DNA of 64,000 nt from Podarcis bocagei (Eukaryota): assembly GCA_964188305.1 (NCBI GenBank), contig OZ076886.1; one strand, written 5' to 3'. Positions 1-13,166 of this stretch are shown here, piece by piece (position 1 is the stretch's first letter; each line of letters opens with the position of its first letter). The notes under the pieces were generated by a model. It did not search any database, was not told the origin of the DNA, and worked only from the letters and a program-made list of their open reading frames with translations. A program made the position numbers and the translations under genes.

Positions 1-99
1 CGAGGGCTACGTCCCTATGGCACCTGGAGGGCAAAAAAAGTTAGGCACCCCGCTTCAAGGCTCAGTCACTAACATAAAACATTAAGAAGCAGGGCTTGC

Positions 100-600
100 T
101 TCCTTGCTCGGTTTTTTCTTACTGGCAGAAAAGCTTCACGCCAGGCGGAAATTCAGCAGCGTTAGTTCCTCCCCGCCCCCCGCCCGGAGATGCTGTGAAG
201 GGGTAGGCTTGACCAGTTGGGTTTCTGCCTGGCACGAAACCCAAGTCATGGGAATCCTTGACGGCGAAGGAGGCGGGCGGCCCCGAGCCATAGGGCACTG
301 TCAGTTTCCTCCGCGGGGTGTAGATCCCGCTTACCTGCTGAGATAAATGGGCCTTGCCGCAGCAGCGAGCCTCCAGCCCAGGGCTGGCCCGAGCAGCCTG
401 AGCGGAGCCATTCGTGGAGGAGGAAGCGGCGCAAAACGCGGCGCCCTTTGCAAAGCAAGAAATCGCGCGCCTGACCCGGAGCGGCGCCAGCGGAACTTGC
501 AGGCGGAGCCAGAAGAGGAGGAGCCGGAGGTTGCCTGGTGGGGGGAGAAAGAGAGCGCGCGCAGCCGGTGATATAAAACTGCACCGAGAAAAATCACCAC
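100..600. promoter_or_regulatory. CpG island / NDUFAF3 promoter (possibly bidirectional)
   Basis: High GC and CpG density with GCGCGC runs around the exon. Confidence 0.7.
335..411 (-). CDS. NDUFAF3: NDUFAF3 coding exon 1 (mitochondrial complex I assembly factor 3, presequence); rest of gene lies left of the window
   Basis: ATG at 411 reads MAPLRLLGPALGWRLAAAARPIYLS(R), an Arg/Leu/Ala-rich, acid-free mitochondrial targeting-like peptide. The 77-nt exon ends at donor AG|GTAAGC (334-333) inside a CpG island. Position head-to-head with the miR-191/425-DALRD3 unit matches known synteny. Identity rests mainly on synteny. Confidence 0.75.
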
Positions 601-976
601 TAGATGGTGACAAGTGCATGACAGGCTCACATTTTTTTTCCTTTCCACATGGGAGGCTCAATGAACAGGAGGCATCCTGCAACCTCTGTTGGGCAAAAGA
701 TTCCGGGATTGCAGCGGGTTGGACTAGATGACCCGCGGTACCCCTTCCGACTCTACGATTCTATGATGCCGCAGTCTTTGCGAGCGAGTTGATAGTCACT
801 TTATTAGACGGAAAGCACACTCCTATGCCGATGTAAGGCCCATGGGGTTTACTCTGAGTAAGGGGTTTCGGCTTTACCATACATAAAATTTGTCTTCGTT
901 TTTTATTTTATTTTAGTTGTGATGCTTTAGTTGAGATTCCTGCACTGTAGAGGGTTGGGCTGGATGGCCCTTGTGG

Positions 977-1064
977 CATGGCTGTCAACTTTTCCCTTTT
1001 CTTGCGAGGAATCCTATTCGGAATAAGGGAATTTCCTTTAAAAAAGGAAAAGTTGACAGCTATG
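977..1064. mobile_element. 88-bp hAT-like MITE inserted in a CR1-type SINE tail
   Basis: TIRs CAT(G/A)GCTGTCAAC...GTTGACAGCTATG. Degenerate 8-bp TSD ccttgtgg (969-976) / ccttgcag (1065-1072). A second copy lies at 54753-54843. Confidence 0.8.
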
Positions 1065-1659
1065 CCTTGCAGTTCCTTCCATCTCCGTGATTCTGTTATT
1101 TAGTCTTTGAGGATTCAAGTCTGCATTACAAGCCAAAGCATGACACTTCTAAGAAAAACCAGCTTTCTGTTTCCTCCCTATAAAATAGAGAAGACCCAGG
1201 GACCTTCTATTGCTGGGCTCCAACTCCTGTCACTCATGACCATGCTGACAGGCGGCTGGTTTTATTTTGCACTATTTAAAACCAATTGTATGCCGCCTTC
1301 CGTTCCAAGTAACGCCCGAGGCGCTTCACAAATCAATGAAGCAACCCCCCCCCCCCCGACAAACAGCTGGTTTGCCAGGAACCTTCAAATCAACTGCAGG
1401 AACGGGCGCTAAGCAGAATCATTCCCCCTTCACATATGAAGGGAGAGGAAACACTTTCGGGAGCTCTGGGGGTGCATCTAAACTCAGCACTAAAAAGGAA
1501 GTGGAGAAGTCTCTCTCCTTTCCTTTTAAGCCCCATTTTGCTGCGATCTTAAGAGATGGAGACTTTCCCAAGGCTTGGGTGAGTTTCCCCGCTTTAAGAT
1601 TGCAGCAAGATACAGCATAACGAGGGAGGTGGGGATTTTAAACCCAGTCTTGCTGTGGT

Positions 1660-2370
1660 CTTTAAAGACTTCCAAATGCGTATTTTGGAATAATATATAT
1701 GAAGAACTTAAAAAAATTATTCAAATTTACATTTAAAAAATGTAAATAAATAGAAATATTTCTATTAAGTATATTGCCAAAAGAAATAGGGAAATCGAAA
1801 AGAACATTGTTCACGTATGGGATAACAGCGGCCAGAATCTTAGTAGCAAGAAATGGGAAAAATACAGCAATACCTAACACGGCGGATTGGCAAATCCTAA
1901 TGGTAGAATACCTGCAGCCAGCAAAGACGACAGGAAGGATAAGAGGCCAAACAAAATAAATAGTCTATAAGGATTGGATAATTTTTAAAGAATACTTTAA
2001 AAAAATACGATATAAAAGGAAACTTCTTGGCAGAATTAGACTGAACCTTGCATTGTATAAATATAAGTTTGTAGGGAAGTTAACAGAAACTATATAAGAA
2101 ATATGTAACTGTGCGGTATAAGATAATCAACAGATAAAGTACAGCGAGACTAATTGGAAGTCATTTTTAATTTCTTGTTTTATAATCGTTCACATCATTG
2201 GGAGTACAAATGACGTTAGTTATAAGAATTGTGCTGTTTCATATATTGCTATTGTCTGTTTGTCAATTTATAGTTTATTTGTTTGTATGTCTGTTGGTCT
2301 GTTTGTTTGCTTTCCTGGCATAAATGTATCTATTTTAAAACAATAAAGATATATCACATTTAAAAAAAGA
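1660..2370 (+). mobile_element. Degenerate L1/Tx1-like LINE 3' fragment
   Basis: A-rich segment. ORF 1774-1959 (...TAARILVARNGK...DWQILMVEY) resembles the end of LINE ORF2, followed by a T-rich 3' UTR, AATAAA and an A-tail. Confidence 0.55.
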
Positions 2371-2728
2371 CTTCCAAATACTCAAAAAAGTCTTTGGGAG
2401 TCTTTCCCCACCTCCACTTTAGAATCAAAGCGGGACTAGCTTAAAAAGGGACAGGGAGCCTTCTCCCCCTCTTCCCTTATAAGCCTGATTTCCCTCCGAT
2501 GAGAGCAAAAGGGATGTTGGCCACCTGTCACATTTGGTCTGTGATGGAGATCCTGATCAGGAAGTGGTCCTTAAGAGTCAGAAAGCTTCCTCTTGCCTGT
2601 TCTATGTAAACCCACCTAGTCAGCCTAGCGAAGGAGAGGCAGTCTGGATGGGCATGTTTCTTATGCATCTGAGAGGACGCTGGAAGGAGTTCCTACTGCT
2701 CATGCTTCAAGAAAAAGTGGGGCCTAGT

Positions 2729-3137
2729 CAGTGCCAGATTTACGTATAAACTGTAGCTTAGGGCCCCACTCTCTTGGGGGGCCCCAACAAATTTAAAGGG
2801 GGGAAAAACACTGGATGTACATTTCCAAAATATAATATAAAAAACAAATAAAATAAAACCTACACACAGCAACAGTGTTTTGTGTTGTGTAGGTTCCTAT
2901 GATGTAAGAAATGGGTCCCACTTGCTAGCCTGATCCCTAAAATATCACTGGTTTGCTCATTTCAAGATATAGGGTGCCTACATTCTGCATGTGCAAATGG
3001 CTTTAGATACCTATTAGGTCCATAAATTACCATATAGCTTATTTTCAACACAAAAAAGGTGACAATTTGTTGGGACATACAAAGGGCCCCATTACCTTCA
3101 GTAGCTTAGGGCCTCATCAAACCTAAATCCGGCTCTG
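2729..3137. mobile_element. Non-autonomous hAT element
   Basis: TIRs CAGTGCCAGATTTA / TAAATCCGGCTCTG. Perfect 8-bp TSD ggcctagt at 2721-2728 and 3138-3145. Confidence 0.85.
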
Positions 3138-3609
3138 GGCCTAGTGGAGAAATACAAATTCTACACTTTTCTAAAGGATACCAATGTAGAAGTCTACTGA
3201 TAATTAGCCGAAGGAAGGTACCTGCCAAATATATTAATATATTATATTATGTTTCTGTTAAAAGCGATAGCAAATAGCTTAGTCTGACTTGCCTTTCAGA
3301 TTGTGAACTTCTGGGGAGCAGGGACCCGTCTCTTTTTGTGAAACTTTCTAATATCCCCTACACTGATGATAATAGGCGTAATAATTATGAAACTCTCAGG
3401 AAGAATCAGAATCGTAGAGTTGGAAGGGACCCCGAGGGTCATCTAGTCCAACATAGGCATCTCAGTTAAAGCATCCATGACACATGGCCACCCATCCTCT
3501 GCTTATTATTCATGTTTTTATACTGTATTTTATATTGCTTTTGCAATTAAGTGTTTTAAATTTGTTGTTAGCCGCCCTGAGCCCAGTTTTTGAACCGGGA
3601 AGGACGAGG

Positions 3610-3676
<67 letters not shown>

Positions 3677-3677
3677 T
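3610..3677. repeat. Head-to-head (ATT)n/(AAT)n microsatellite
   Basis: Seen directly; follows an L2-type 3' tail. Confidence 0.9.
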
Positions 3678-5101
3678 ACAATCCTAAAAAGAGGTTCAAG
3701 TGATGTACATGACAACACATTTGTGCTATCTCAGTTGCACATTATGGAGTTACGTTGGTCACAAGAAATGTTGCGTGTTAAACACATTTTGGGTAGTGTC
3801 CAACCACATTTTCTTAATGCTAAGAAACTCAAAGAAGAGAATAAAGTTAAACTACGTAGATTTTTCTTATCATTTATTTGGGTGGAGTATGTGTTTTGTG
3901 ACCAATGTAACACGCACAACCGATCTTGCTCCTAGCATAAAATTGCCAGTTCAGCAAATGAGAAAGCAGAACTATCACTACAATAAAGGGTCATTAACCT
4001 TTTGTCTGTTTTCTTGGAGAGGTCTTTATCTGAATTTTAGGGAGGTGGGATAGAGATGTTCTGAGTTATCCTGCATGTGATGCTTCTGGTTGTTTTACTC
4101 ACATCTAAAATGCCATTTTGAATAACAGATCACGAAACTTTGGGAAATTATCTTTAAAATCATATTAAATTTAACGAGCTATTCAACATTGGAACCATCT
4201 ACCTCCAAAGGTGGTGGACTCTCTTTCACAGAAGGTCTTTAAACAAAGGTTGGATGGCCATTCTGCTAGAGATCATTTGGCTGTGATTTTTGGGATCCCT
4301 CCCAACGCTACAATTCTATGATTCCATATATAACCTGTTAACTATATGTGAAGATGAAAAATGGCTCTCTAGGTTTGATGTTTTCATAGAATCACCTGCC
4401 ACACAAGCAAACAAAACTCTGGTTATTAATTTGACAGCTTTTGGGTTATATTTGGCGGGGTGCCTTTGACTAATGGCAAGACGCACGTAGCCACACACTC
4501 ACACAGAGTCTGTTCTTAGCCCTAGGGTGGCAAAAGGATGCCATTCGCTTATGGTTTGGCAAATATGATCCTGCCCATCTGCCACTGGGCAGGATGGGGA
4601 AATCTGCCAGTATCTCACCTTGTCTCCAATTAACATACAGGTGCTTGTGGAAATACCCCAATGTCCCCAAAGACCGGTGTTTTCCAGCCATTCTGGCTCA
4701 ATTTTGAAGGAGGGGAGGGAAAACAGGTGCCAGAGGGTATGTTTTGAGGGGCAGGGGAAGTGCCAGGTGTCAGCAAAGGGAGGGGTGGGCGAGAAATTCA
4801 AACCCGTGAACTTGTATGTGTCCTGGAGACAAGAACAGAGCCTCTCACCAGAGCCAATTCCTCCTAAAGCCTTCCTCCTCCCACCTGAATCTAGGTCCGT
4901 TCTGACTCTGAAATCCACCTCTGTGTGATCTCTTGTTTGTGGGGAAGTTCCTAGCATCAGAAGATCAAAACAGGGATAAACAACTGAAGGTTTGAGGGCC
5001 AACTGCAATCTCTCCTTGACCCCAGGGATGCTTCCTGTTTGCCCTTTGCGTGCACACACCCACCCAGGCAGCAGCCACAATGATTTGTCAGAAATGCTGG
5101 A

Positions 5102-5136
<35 letters not shown>

Positions 5137-5997
5137 GGTAATACTAAAACACAAACAGCTGTAAGATCCAAGTACAATTTGAAGTTCTGGTTAAAGCCGT
5201 ATGCAGTAGGAAACCTGTAGCTCTCCAGAAGTTGCCGGACTATCAACTCCCATCATCCCTGACCCGGGGTCATGCTGACTGGTGCTGATGGGAGTTGGAG
5301 TCCAACACTATCTAGAGCAGGCATAGGCAAACTCGGCCCTCCAGATGTTTTGGGACTACAGTTCCCATCCTCCCTGACTACTGATTCTGTTAGCTAGGGA
5401 TCATGGGAGTTGTAGTCCCAAAACATCTGGAGGGCCACAGGTCATTCCTTCTACCCACCAGTTGCTGCCCTATGCAGTCTGAGACAGGAGAGTAATGGTA
5501 AAGGCACCTACACCTATGGAGATCACTCTACTTTTCTGTGCTTTTAAAAAAACGACAGTCCAAGAAAAGACAGAAGAATCACAGGAGAGTTACAGGATGA
5601 CCTGAAGTTGTTGATGTGCGGATGTCCTGTAAAAAAAAATGAGTAAATGAAAGCATAGCAGGTTCCACACTGAATGCCTAACGTAGAAAAAACCTTTCAT
5701 CTGTTTCAGATTTGAACATGGCTCCTGCTATCTTTATACCCTGCACAGTTGGTTTGTAGTCATTGTTTTTGTAATTTTTGTGTTGCTGTTTTGAAATTGT
5801 TTTCTGTGCTGTTAGACCCGCTAGAACAGATATATCCAACGTGGTCCCCTCCAGGTGCTGCTGGACTCCAGTTCCCATCAGTCCCAGCATGATCCATGGT
5901 CTAAAATCATGGGAGTTGTAGTCTAACCGCATCAGAAAGAAGCCACCCTGTCGGCTAGAAGTTTTGCTTTAAACTGAAGGGCATGGTTATTAGGATA

Positions 5998-6259
5998 CAG
6001 TGGTACCTCGGGTTACATACACTTCAGGTTACATACGCTTCAGGTTACAGACTTCGCTAACCCAGAAATAGTACCTCGGCTTAAGAAGTAGTACCTCGGG
6101 TTAAGAACTTTACCTCAGGATGAGAACAGAAATTGTGCTGCGGCAGCGCGGCAGCAGCGGGAGGCCCCATTAGCTAAAGTGGTGCTTCAGGTTAAGAACA
6201 GTTTCAGGTTAAGTACGGACCTCCGGAACGAATTAAGTACTTAACCCGAGGTACCACTG
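5998..6259. mobile_element. Tc1/mariner (Tigger-like) MITE, copy 1
   Basis: TIRs CAGTGGTACCTCGGGTT / AACCCGAGGTACCACTG with TA TSD. Confidence 0.9.
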
Positions 6260-6476
6260 TACTTAGAAATAAATAATGAAATAAGGGCCTCAAAAGGGAG
6301 GAGCCCAGTTAAAAAAAAGGAAGGCACAACATGAAACACTAATTTGGCAACATACAGTTTTAGTACCCCCACACAGTCGCAATTGTAGTATCAGCTGAAG
6401 CAACTTTGTGAACTGCCCTCAAACCCTATCATTATTATGTTGTTGTTTGTTTTGTTTTGTTTTAAGACATCTATAT

Positions 6477-6673
6477 GCCTCATGAGAAGAGAAGACTCCC
6501 TGGAAAAGACCCTGATGTTGGGAAAGATTGAGGGCACAAGGAGAAGGGGACGGCAGCGGACAAGATGGTTGGACAGTGCTCTCGAAGCTACCAGCCTGAG
6601 TTTGACCAGTGGAAGACAGGAGTGCCTGGCGGGCTCTGGTCCATGGAGTCACAAAGAGTCGGACACGACTAAA
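6477..6673 (+). mobile_element. RTE-BovB 3' fragment
   Basis: Encodes MRREDSLEKTLMLGKIEG(T)RRRGRQRTRWLD; ends ...AAGAGTCGGACACGACTAA, the typical BovB terminus. Confidence 0.85.
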
Positions 6674-7803
6674 TGACACTTAATAATTTGCCTCTCTAAG
6701 TGGTGTACATAAAAGTGGGCATTCAAGGTGTTCAGGCATCAAGACCTGAAAGGCAATCAGCTGGGAAGAACACAAGCAAGAATAATCTTTCCCAGTGGGA
6801 TTTTTTGCACAGGGAGAACAGCTCAAGTGATAACATGGTATCACTTGATGTTGATGATGAGGACACACATCTCCCAGGTTTGCTGTTTAATCCCTCTTGC
6901 AGGCTTTAAAAAAAAACCCAACAACAAATCTCTGACCGGGTGGGGAGGCAGCCTGCACACCTGCATGTTGAGTCAGAGCCACAGGTGAAACCCAATCCCA
7001 ATAAGCTGCTTGGAGAGGGTCTTGGGTTCCCTCCTTCTCTACATTAATAGGGTGGGAAGGACGCGCAGGCCTTCTGTTCCCCACTTGGCATCGTTTGAAG
7101 CCATCTGGGCTCATCTGGACGCTGAAGTCACTTTGGCGCCTCTCGTCTCCGCCTCTTCTCCCCCCCCCCCCACATACAGGCTTTGTTGCTGAACCGCCCC
7201 ACCTACAACCAGGAGCTGCAATTAAGCAGAGCTCCCACCCCACCCCTCCGCTAATTTATTTGGGGTCTGCTGTATTGTATTCAGGATGGAGGTGTGTTTG
7301 TGAGAGCGGTGAGCTCTGTTTTGTTGTGCCTGCTCTGATTCCCTGCAGCTGTGATGTCTGAAACCCAGGGATGTGGAATAAGGAAACCGTTGTGTGGAAT
7401 CAGGATCCTATGGCAACCCAAACAGCAACGGGATAATAACTGGGCGGCAGTGGGAGGGGGGGACGACACACCACTAGGAGCTTGGTCACAAACTGAGGCA
7501 ACCACAGCCCAATAAGCTAACACCATCTTGAAGAAAGCAGCCGAGCCTGATATCCAGGCCAGACCAGCCCTTGAACTTGAATTTGCCATTTGACTTTACA
7601 CACTGAGTAATCAGTCACAGGCCGCCATGCATTTAAAGCACATGGCTTTCCGCAAAGAACCCTGGGAAATGTAGTTTGTTAAGGGTGCTGGGAACCATAG
7701 CTCTGTAAGGAGTGAACTACCATTCCCAGGAACAGACACTGCTCAGTGGGATGTACTTCCTGGGGTGTGGATAGGACTGTGTCTTAAATACGGCTTTTAA
7801 ATA

Positions 7804-8024
7804 CAGTGGTACCTCGTGTTACAGACGCTTCAGGTTACAGACTCCGCTAACCCAGAAATAGTACCTCGGGTTAAGAACTTTGCTTCGGGATGAGAACAGA
7901 AATCGTGCGGTGGCGGCAGCAGCGGGAGGCCCCATTAGCTAAAGTGGTGCTTCAGGTTAAGAACAGTTTCAGGTTAAGAACGGACCTCTGGAACGAATTA
8001 AGTTCTTAACCCGAGGTACCACTG
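7804..8024. mobile_element. Tc1/mariner MITE, copy 2
   Basis: Same TIRs and TA TSD as 5998-6259. Confidence 0.9.
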
Positions 8025-8489
8025 TACATTTATTACCATTTTCTCTGGCTCCAGCTTACTCCCACTGCATGGCAAAGTGACTAACACTGCGTATGCCTCC
8101 AGAGAAGCGAGTCCTGCTGAGTTCAATAGGGCTTACTCCCATCCAGGGGGAAATAACATTGCAACCTGACAGACTGAGGCATAATCCTCTGGCACCAACT
8201 GTCTGGGGTTTGCACCAAAGCACGACAGGCCTTACGATTACTATTTTCAATTCTTATTACAATTTATACGGTGCCTTTCATTATTCTCCCGCTCTATTTT
8301 ATATTCACAACAACCCTGTGTGGTAGGTTAGGCTGAGAAAGGGGCCCAACCTAGCCCCACCCATTGACCTTCCTGGCGGAGTGTGGATTTGAACCCAGGC
8401 CCTAGTCTTGACAACCACCACACAACCACAAGCAGCTGGTTTGGGGCCTGTTGAAAAGCTAGCAAATGGTTTGCGATTCCAGTTATTAT

Positions 8490-9200
8490 TTCGGGGAGGG
8501 GGCGGGGCGCGGCGCGGCGCTTCTTGGATTGGTTTGCATCAGAAGAATTTGGGCACAAGACACTTTTGACACAGGTAGGTATGCAGGCAGTGCCAGACGT
8601 CTTGGGGACGGAGTGTGTTTGCGCTCGCGCGTCTGAGTGTCTGTCCTACTCTGGAGTAGGGTGAGCACTGGAAATGGGTGAGAGAAACCAGTAGCACTTG
8701 AGGCGGAGCAAGCAGCAGGCCCGGCCCGGGAGGGATTTAGCCAGAGCAGAGCAAGACCAAAAGCGAAAGTGGCTCGACGGTTGCGAGAGCAAAGGAGAAG
8801 TTCGTTTGGAGGAGGCGAGTGTGTCTTTGTATGTGTGTACGCGCGCGCGCGCGGGAGGGGGGGGATTCCAGGCTTTCCCGAGCCCTGATTGGCTGCGGCG
8901 GCCTTCCCAGGAGAGGAAGGAAGGGGGCAATTCGCTGGTCCTCTCTGCATAAAGTAGCCTCCGCGAGGAGCAGCGCAGAAAGGGCCGGGGCAAACAGGCT
9001 GGCACGCTTTTCAGAGCTGTGCCCACGCAGCCTGGCCGGGCCGTGCCTCGACTTGCCCATTAGGCGGGCGGGCAGGCAGGTTCCCTTCCGACGTGCCTGG
9101 CTCTTGTGCCGTGGTCTGGATCCGCGGCACGCAAAGCTGAGCGAGGGCACTTGGTCGCCCCGCTTCCACAGACTGGCAGGTGAGAGGTGGGTGATGCGCG
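8490..9200 (+). promoter_or_regulatory. CpG-island promoter with non-coding first exon(s); candidate start of the miR-191/425 host transcript
   Basis: GC box (GGGGCGGGG, about 8500), inverted CCAAT boxes (about 8527 and 8887), CATAAA at about 8948, donors ACAG|GTAGGT (8574/8575) and GCAG|GTGAGA (9179/9180). No credible ORF. Confidence 0.6.
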
Positions 9201-11455
9201 CCTGGGTGGGAGAGAGGGGGCATCAGGAGGGCTGGCACCTCACACCTGTTTCTGCACAGGTATATATATATATAGGGGGAGAGAGAGGTTAAACTCCACT
9301 GGAGTGTCTCCACACATTATTCTTACCCGGATGAACTCAAAAGACTTGCACATTCATCACAACGTTTTAATGGTCAGGCCAGAAATACACAGGTAACAGG
9401 ATGGTGTGGCTGATGGGGGCAGGGGTGGGGTGCGAGTGGAGGAAAGTAATTGCCTTGAACCCCACAGACAGGGTGTGGCCTGTGCTAAGGAAGCAGTGTG
9501 CACAGTGAGGCCAAAGAACTAGGAAGAGAGCAGGATCCAAGCGGAAGCAGAGGCGAAACTAGGCTATACTTCATCCGAGCCAAAGACCCAGTTTGCTGCC
9601 ACCACCATTCCCGCCCCCCGCACTGGGTATACTGTGCTTTTAAGAAATGCAACAGGCAGAAATGCAACAGGTAGATCCTTTACCTTGTCACTGCCTCTGG
9701 TTTCATCAAGCCAGGTGTCCTCAACTGGTGGCATTGGCAAATTGGCAAAAGGAATTGGGTGTGGTGGCTAGGAAGCAAGGGGCAGTTTCCTCCCAAGAAC
9801 CTTGCATTTCTCAATGCCGCAAAATACTCCCCTCCCTAACCCAAACTAGTGCCAAGAGTGGGAGAGCAGGGATCCACAACCCTGCTTGGAACAGAGAGAT
9901 CCCAATTTTGCCAGAAGCTTGCTGAGTGGTCTCAGGCAGGCCACCACCTTCTGCAACCCCCCCCCCCAAACATCCATCTGTAAAAACTGGGGAATAGTGG
10001 CAGTGGGTTTGAGGAAAAGATGACTGGAAGAAGGAAATGTTACTACAACTCCTAAGGTGTGTTTTATTCCCCCGTGGCGCAAGATGTTACAAGGTATCTA
10101 AATTAACAGGAAATATTCTGGGCCAAGTCTGAGTTTCTGCAAGAATTGAAGGTATCCCCCCCTCCAAAAAAGTCCTCTTTGTTCCATACTTTTCAGAGTT
10201 GAAGGCCAAACAATATGTTGAGAGACGAATGATCAGGTTTTCTATATTTCTTTCTCGGCATTCTTTGAGGGTTGGTGAGGAGCTGAACCAGGACTGTAGG
10301 GAAAGGGAGGTTTGCCCTTTCATAAGGATCATAATTTTAGGGGTGGGAAGGGGTGCTCCCTGGAGAAGATTAAGCCCAACTGCCTGCACAGCACAGGAAT
10401 CTTGAAATTACGCCGAAGCATAGAATAAAAGAAGGGTCCCCCTTTCATACCTCAGGCTTAAAGTGGATTGTGAACCTCTTGTGCCTCCTTTAGTTTCCCC
10501 CTTTAGTTCCATGTGGCCTTCTCCTCCAAGTATTGCGGTTCCACTCTTTCTCCTCCCGGATTAACAAATCCGGTGCTTCTCTGTGATGTTGATGCAGCTC
10601 TGCTTTTAGGATTTTCAGAGCATAGGGAATCTCTGGAGGAGAAAGAAGTGGGACAGCAGTAGCTGAAGGAAAACGCCTGGACTGGCACTAAAAATCCCCC
10701 TCTCTGCTGTTTTCAGGTGTAAGTCGCTTCCCCTCGAAGCTGCTGTTTGCACCCCATTTAGGTAAACTTTCCAGTCCTTTTTTTTTTTTTTAATGCATTG
10801 AGGTCCTGGAGCTTTTCAACACCTGCATAGCAGGCAGAAATCAACAGGTGAAACTTCCCCCGCCCTGGAGTTTCCATGCCAAGAAAAGCTGTTACTGCTT
10901 CTTTGTTGTTTTTTTTAATAGCTTCGCTGTTTGAAGTTGTTGCTTATTTACTTACTTCCTGCCTTTCTTCCACTGTGGAACCCAAGGCAGCATTGCATGT
11001 GGTTCCCACATGCTCTCTCATTCAGTCACTGACCAGACTTGGACCTGCCTTTCGTACCTTTGGACCATACTATGGGCATGCAGTGGCTAATGGCGCAGAT
11101 CTTTTCAGCCATGACCCGCTGAAACTAATGAGCATGACTAAGTTAGCTCTGTTAATTTCAATGTGTCTGCTCAGAGTTGAAGACCACCCTTTGTTGCCTA
11201 GTCGTTTGGACTGCTTTGCTTCCTGGGAAAGCCCCCATTGGATGAGCTGGGACCCCCACACAGAGAGATGGTTCCTCTCCCCAATTATTTTCAGCAACCC
11301 CCTTGCTAGAGAGGCTGGATTTCAAATATTGGTGAGCTGCTCCTTTTCCAAATGAGAATTTGTGGGTTCCCCCTGTTTTACTGTAATTGGATCTGTTCTG
11401 GTGTCTTCAGTGGCAGGCTGACACAAAGGAATTTAGGAGGGGAAACATGTCCAGC

Positions 11456-11457
11456 AG

Positions 11458-11512
<55 letters not shown>
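11456..11512. repeat. (GT)n(GA)n compound microsatellite
   Basis: Seen directly. Confidence 0.9.
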
Positions 11513-11516
<4 letters not shown>

Positions 11517-13166
11517 GGGGAAATTCCACCTGTTAAACAATGCCTCAGTATCTGGTGGCTGTTCAGCTTACCAGAGCCCTGTAGCAAAAAGCGGCAAACC
11601 TACAGAGCAGTCAAGTCCATTGTGACCCTTGTATTTGGATCACATGCTTGGTTCTCTGAATCGGAATTCAGAGGCACAACCGAGACACTTCCGATCGAGG
11701 TGGTTTATGTTTTCAGAAGTGCGGCCAACGGTTTCGATCTGTAACAACAAAATGAGGTGACCTTGTGGGTTTTGAGGACAATGGCTGTAACACATTGGTT
11801 GTGTTTCCGCAGGTTCAAAAAGCAGTTTAGAGATCTGCTATGGATTTATTTTTTTATTTAAAAAAAGAGGAAATGGGGGGATGGGGAATCCGCGTTTGCT
11901 GTTCTGCTGACATGTGTATTTTTGTCTCTCTGGGGTTTTTTGGGGTTTTTTTGTGCACACTGGAACACACACACAACCAAAATTGACTTTTGACCTTGGG
12001 GGAGTTAAAGAGCTGTTTGGGCACTGTCTGTGATGGCTTTGGGTGCAAGTGGATGGTTCTGCAGGTGGAGCAATGGATGGAAAGATGAGGACTGGGTTCC
12101 TTTCTGTCCCTTATCAGTCCTTTGATCCATCCACTACTTACAGCCTAATCCTATGCACATTTACTTCAGGGGAAAGGGCTGAGGTGCTCTGTGGGACTCA
12201 CTCCCAAATAACCCTGCACAGGATTGCAGCACCCTTTGTGTTCTTCGAGTTAGGCTGCCTCTGCGCCCAGCGGAAACCACGGCTCCAGCGCAGTAGGAAG
12301 CAGAAGGGAGGCTTGTGATGTGCGGTGTAGCACTTAAATTAGGAAGGGCGTGGTTGTGAGGCAGCCCCAAATGATAGCGTATCCCCTGAAAGCATGCAAG
12401 CACCAGCACAGCAACAGATCATGCACCAGTACAGACCTGCTGTGAGTGGGCGAGGCCTGGGTTCAAATCCCTTCACTTGGCCATGAAGTTCACTGGGCAA
12501 ACCTTGGGGCCACCAACCACTTGCCTCTCAGCCTAAACTACCTCACAGGGTTGTTGTGGGGATTTGACGATGAGGGAGAGATCCTTGGAGGAAAAACGGT
12601 GGTTTATCAATGTAAAAAATATAAATCAGCAGAACAGGCTCCAGAGGTGTTAGAATCTCCTGGCGTAGAAAAGTGACAGTTGACTTACTCCAGAGACTGC
12701 CACCAGGAGATACTGTATGTAGAGCACAAAACAAACTGACTTCCTAGGGACTATGGAGGAAGGGATGGCTATTGCTCTAGTCCAAAATGGAAGAGAGAAA
12801 AGGAGGTGCTGTGAAGTTACTGTGGCCAAACTTTCCCTGAAGGTGTCAGGTCAGTTTTTGTTGAGGAACCACAAGTTGGACCTTTGGCCGGAAGAGAGTT
12901 GCCTTTCTGAGGTGGTGGAAGAGCCCGCCAACTATTTGCTGTAAGAAGCATGGCTGGCGTGCTCGGTACTTTACCAGTGGTCACATGAGAACGGCATAAA
13001 CGGTGCAGGTACATTTGCCCTGACTTAAAAGACCACGGGGCTGCACTGCCTTTACACAGAAAAAAACGTGTGTGTTTATTTTCAATGGCCGCCCCATCAG
13101 CATCGATGTCCACCAGGCACCACTGCCAAGGCCAGTTGTGGTATCTGCTAAAGCCAGTTGTACAGA

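Noticed and set aside
8486-9313. Overlapping 100-157 aa ORFs in the CpG island
   Set aside because: They occur in all frames with low-complexity composition and no recognisable domain.
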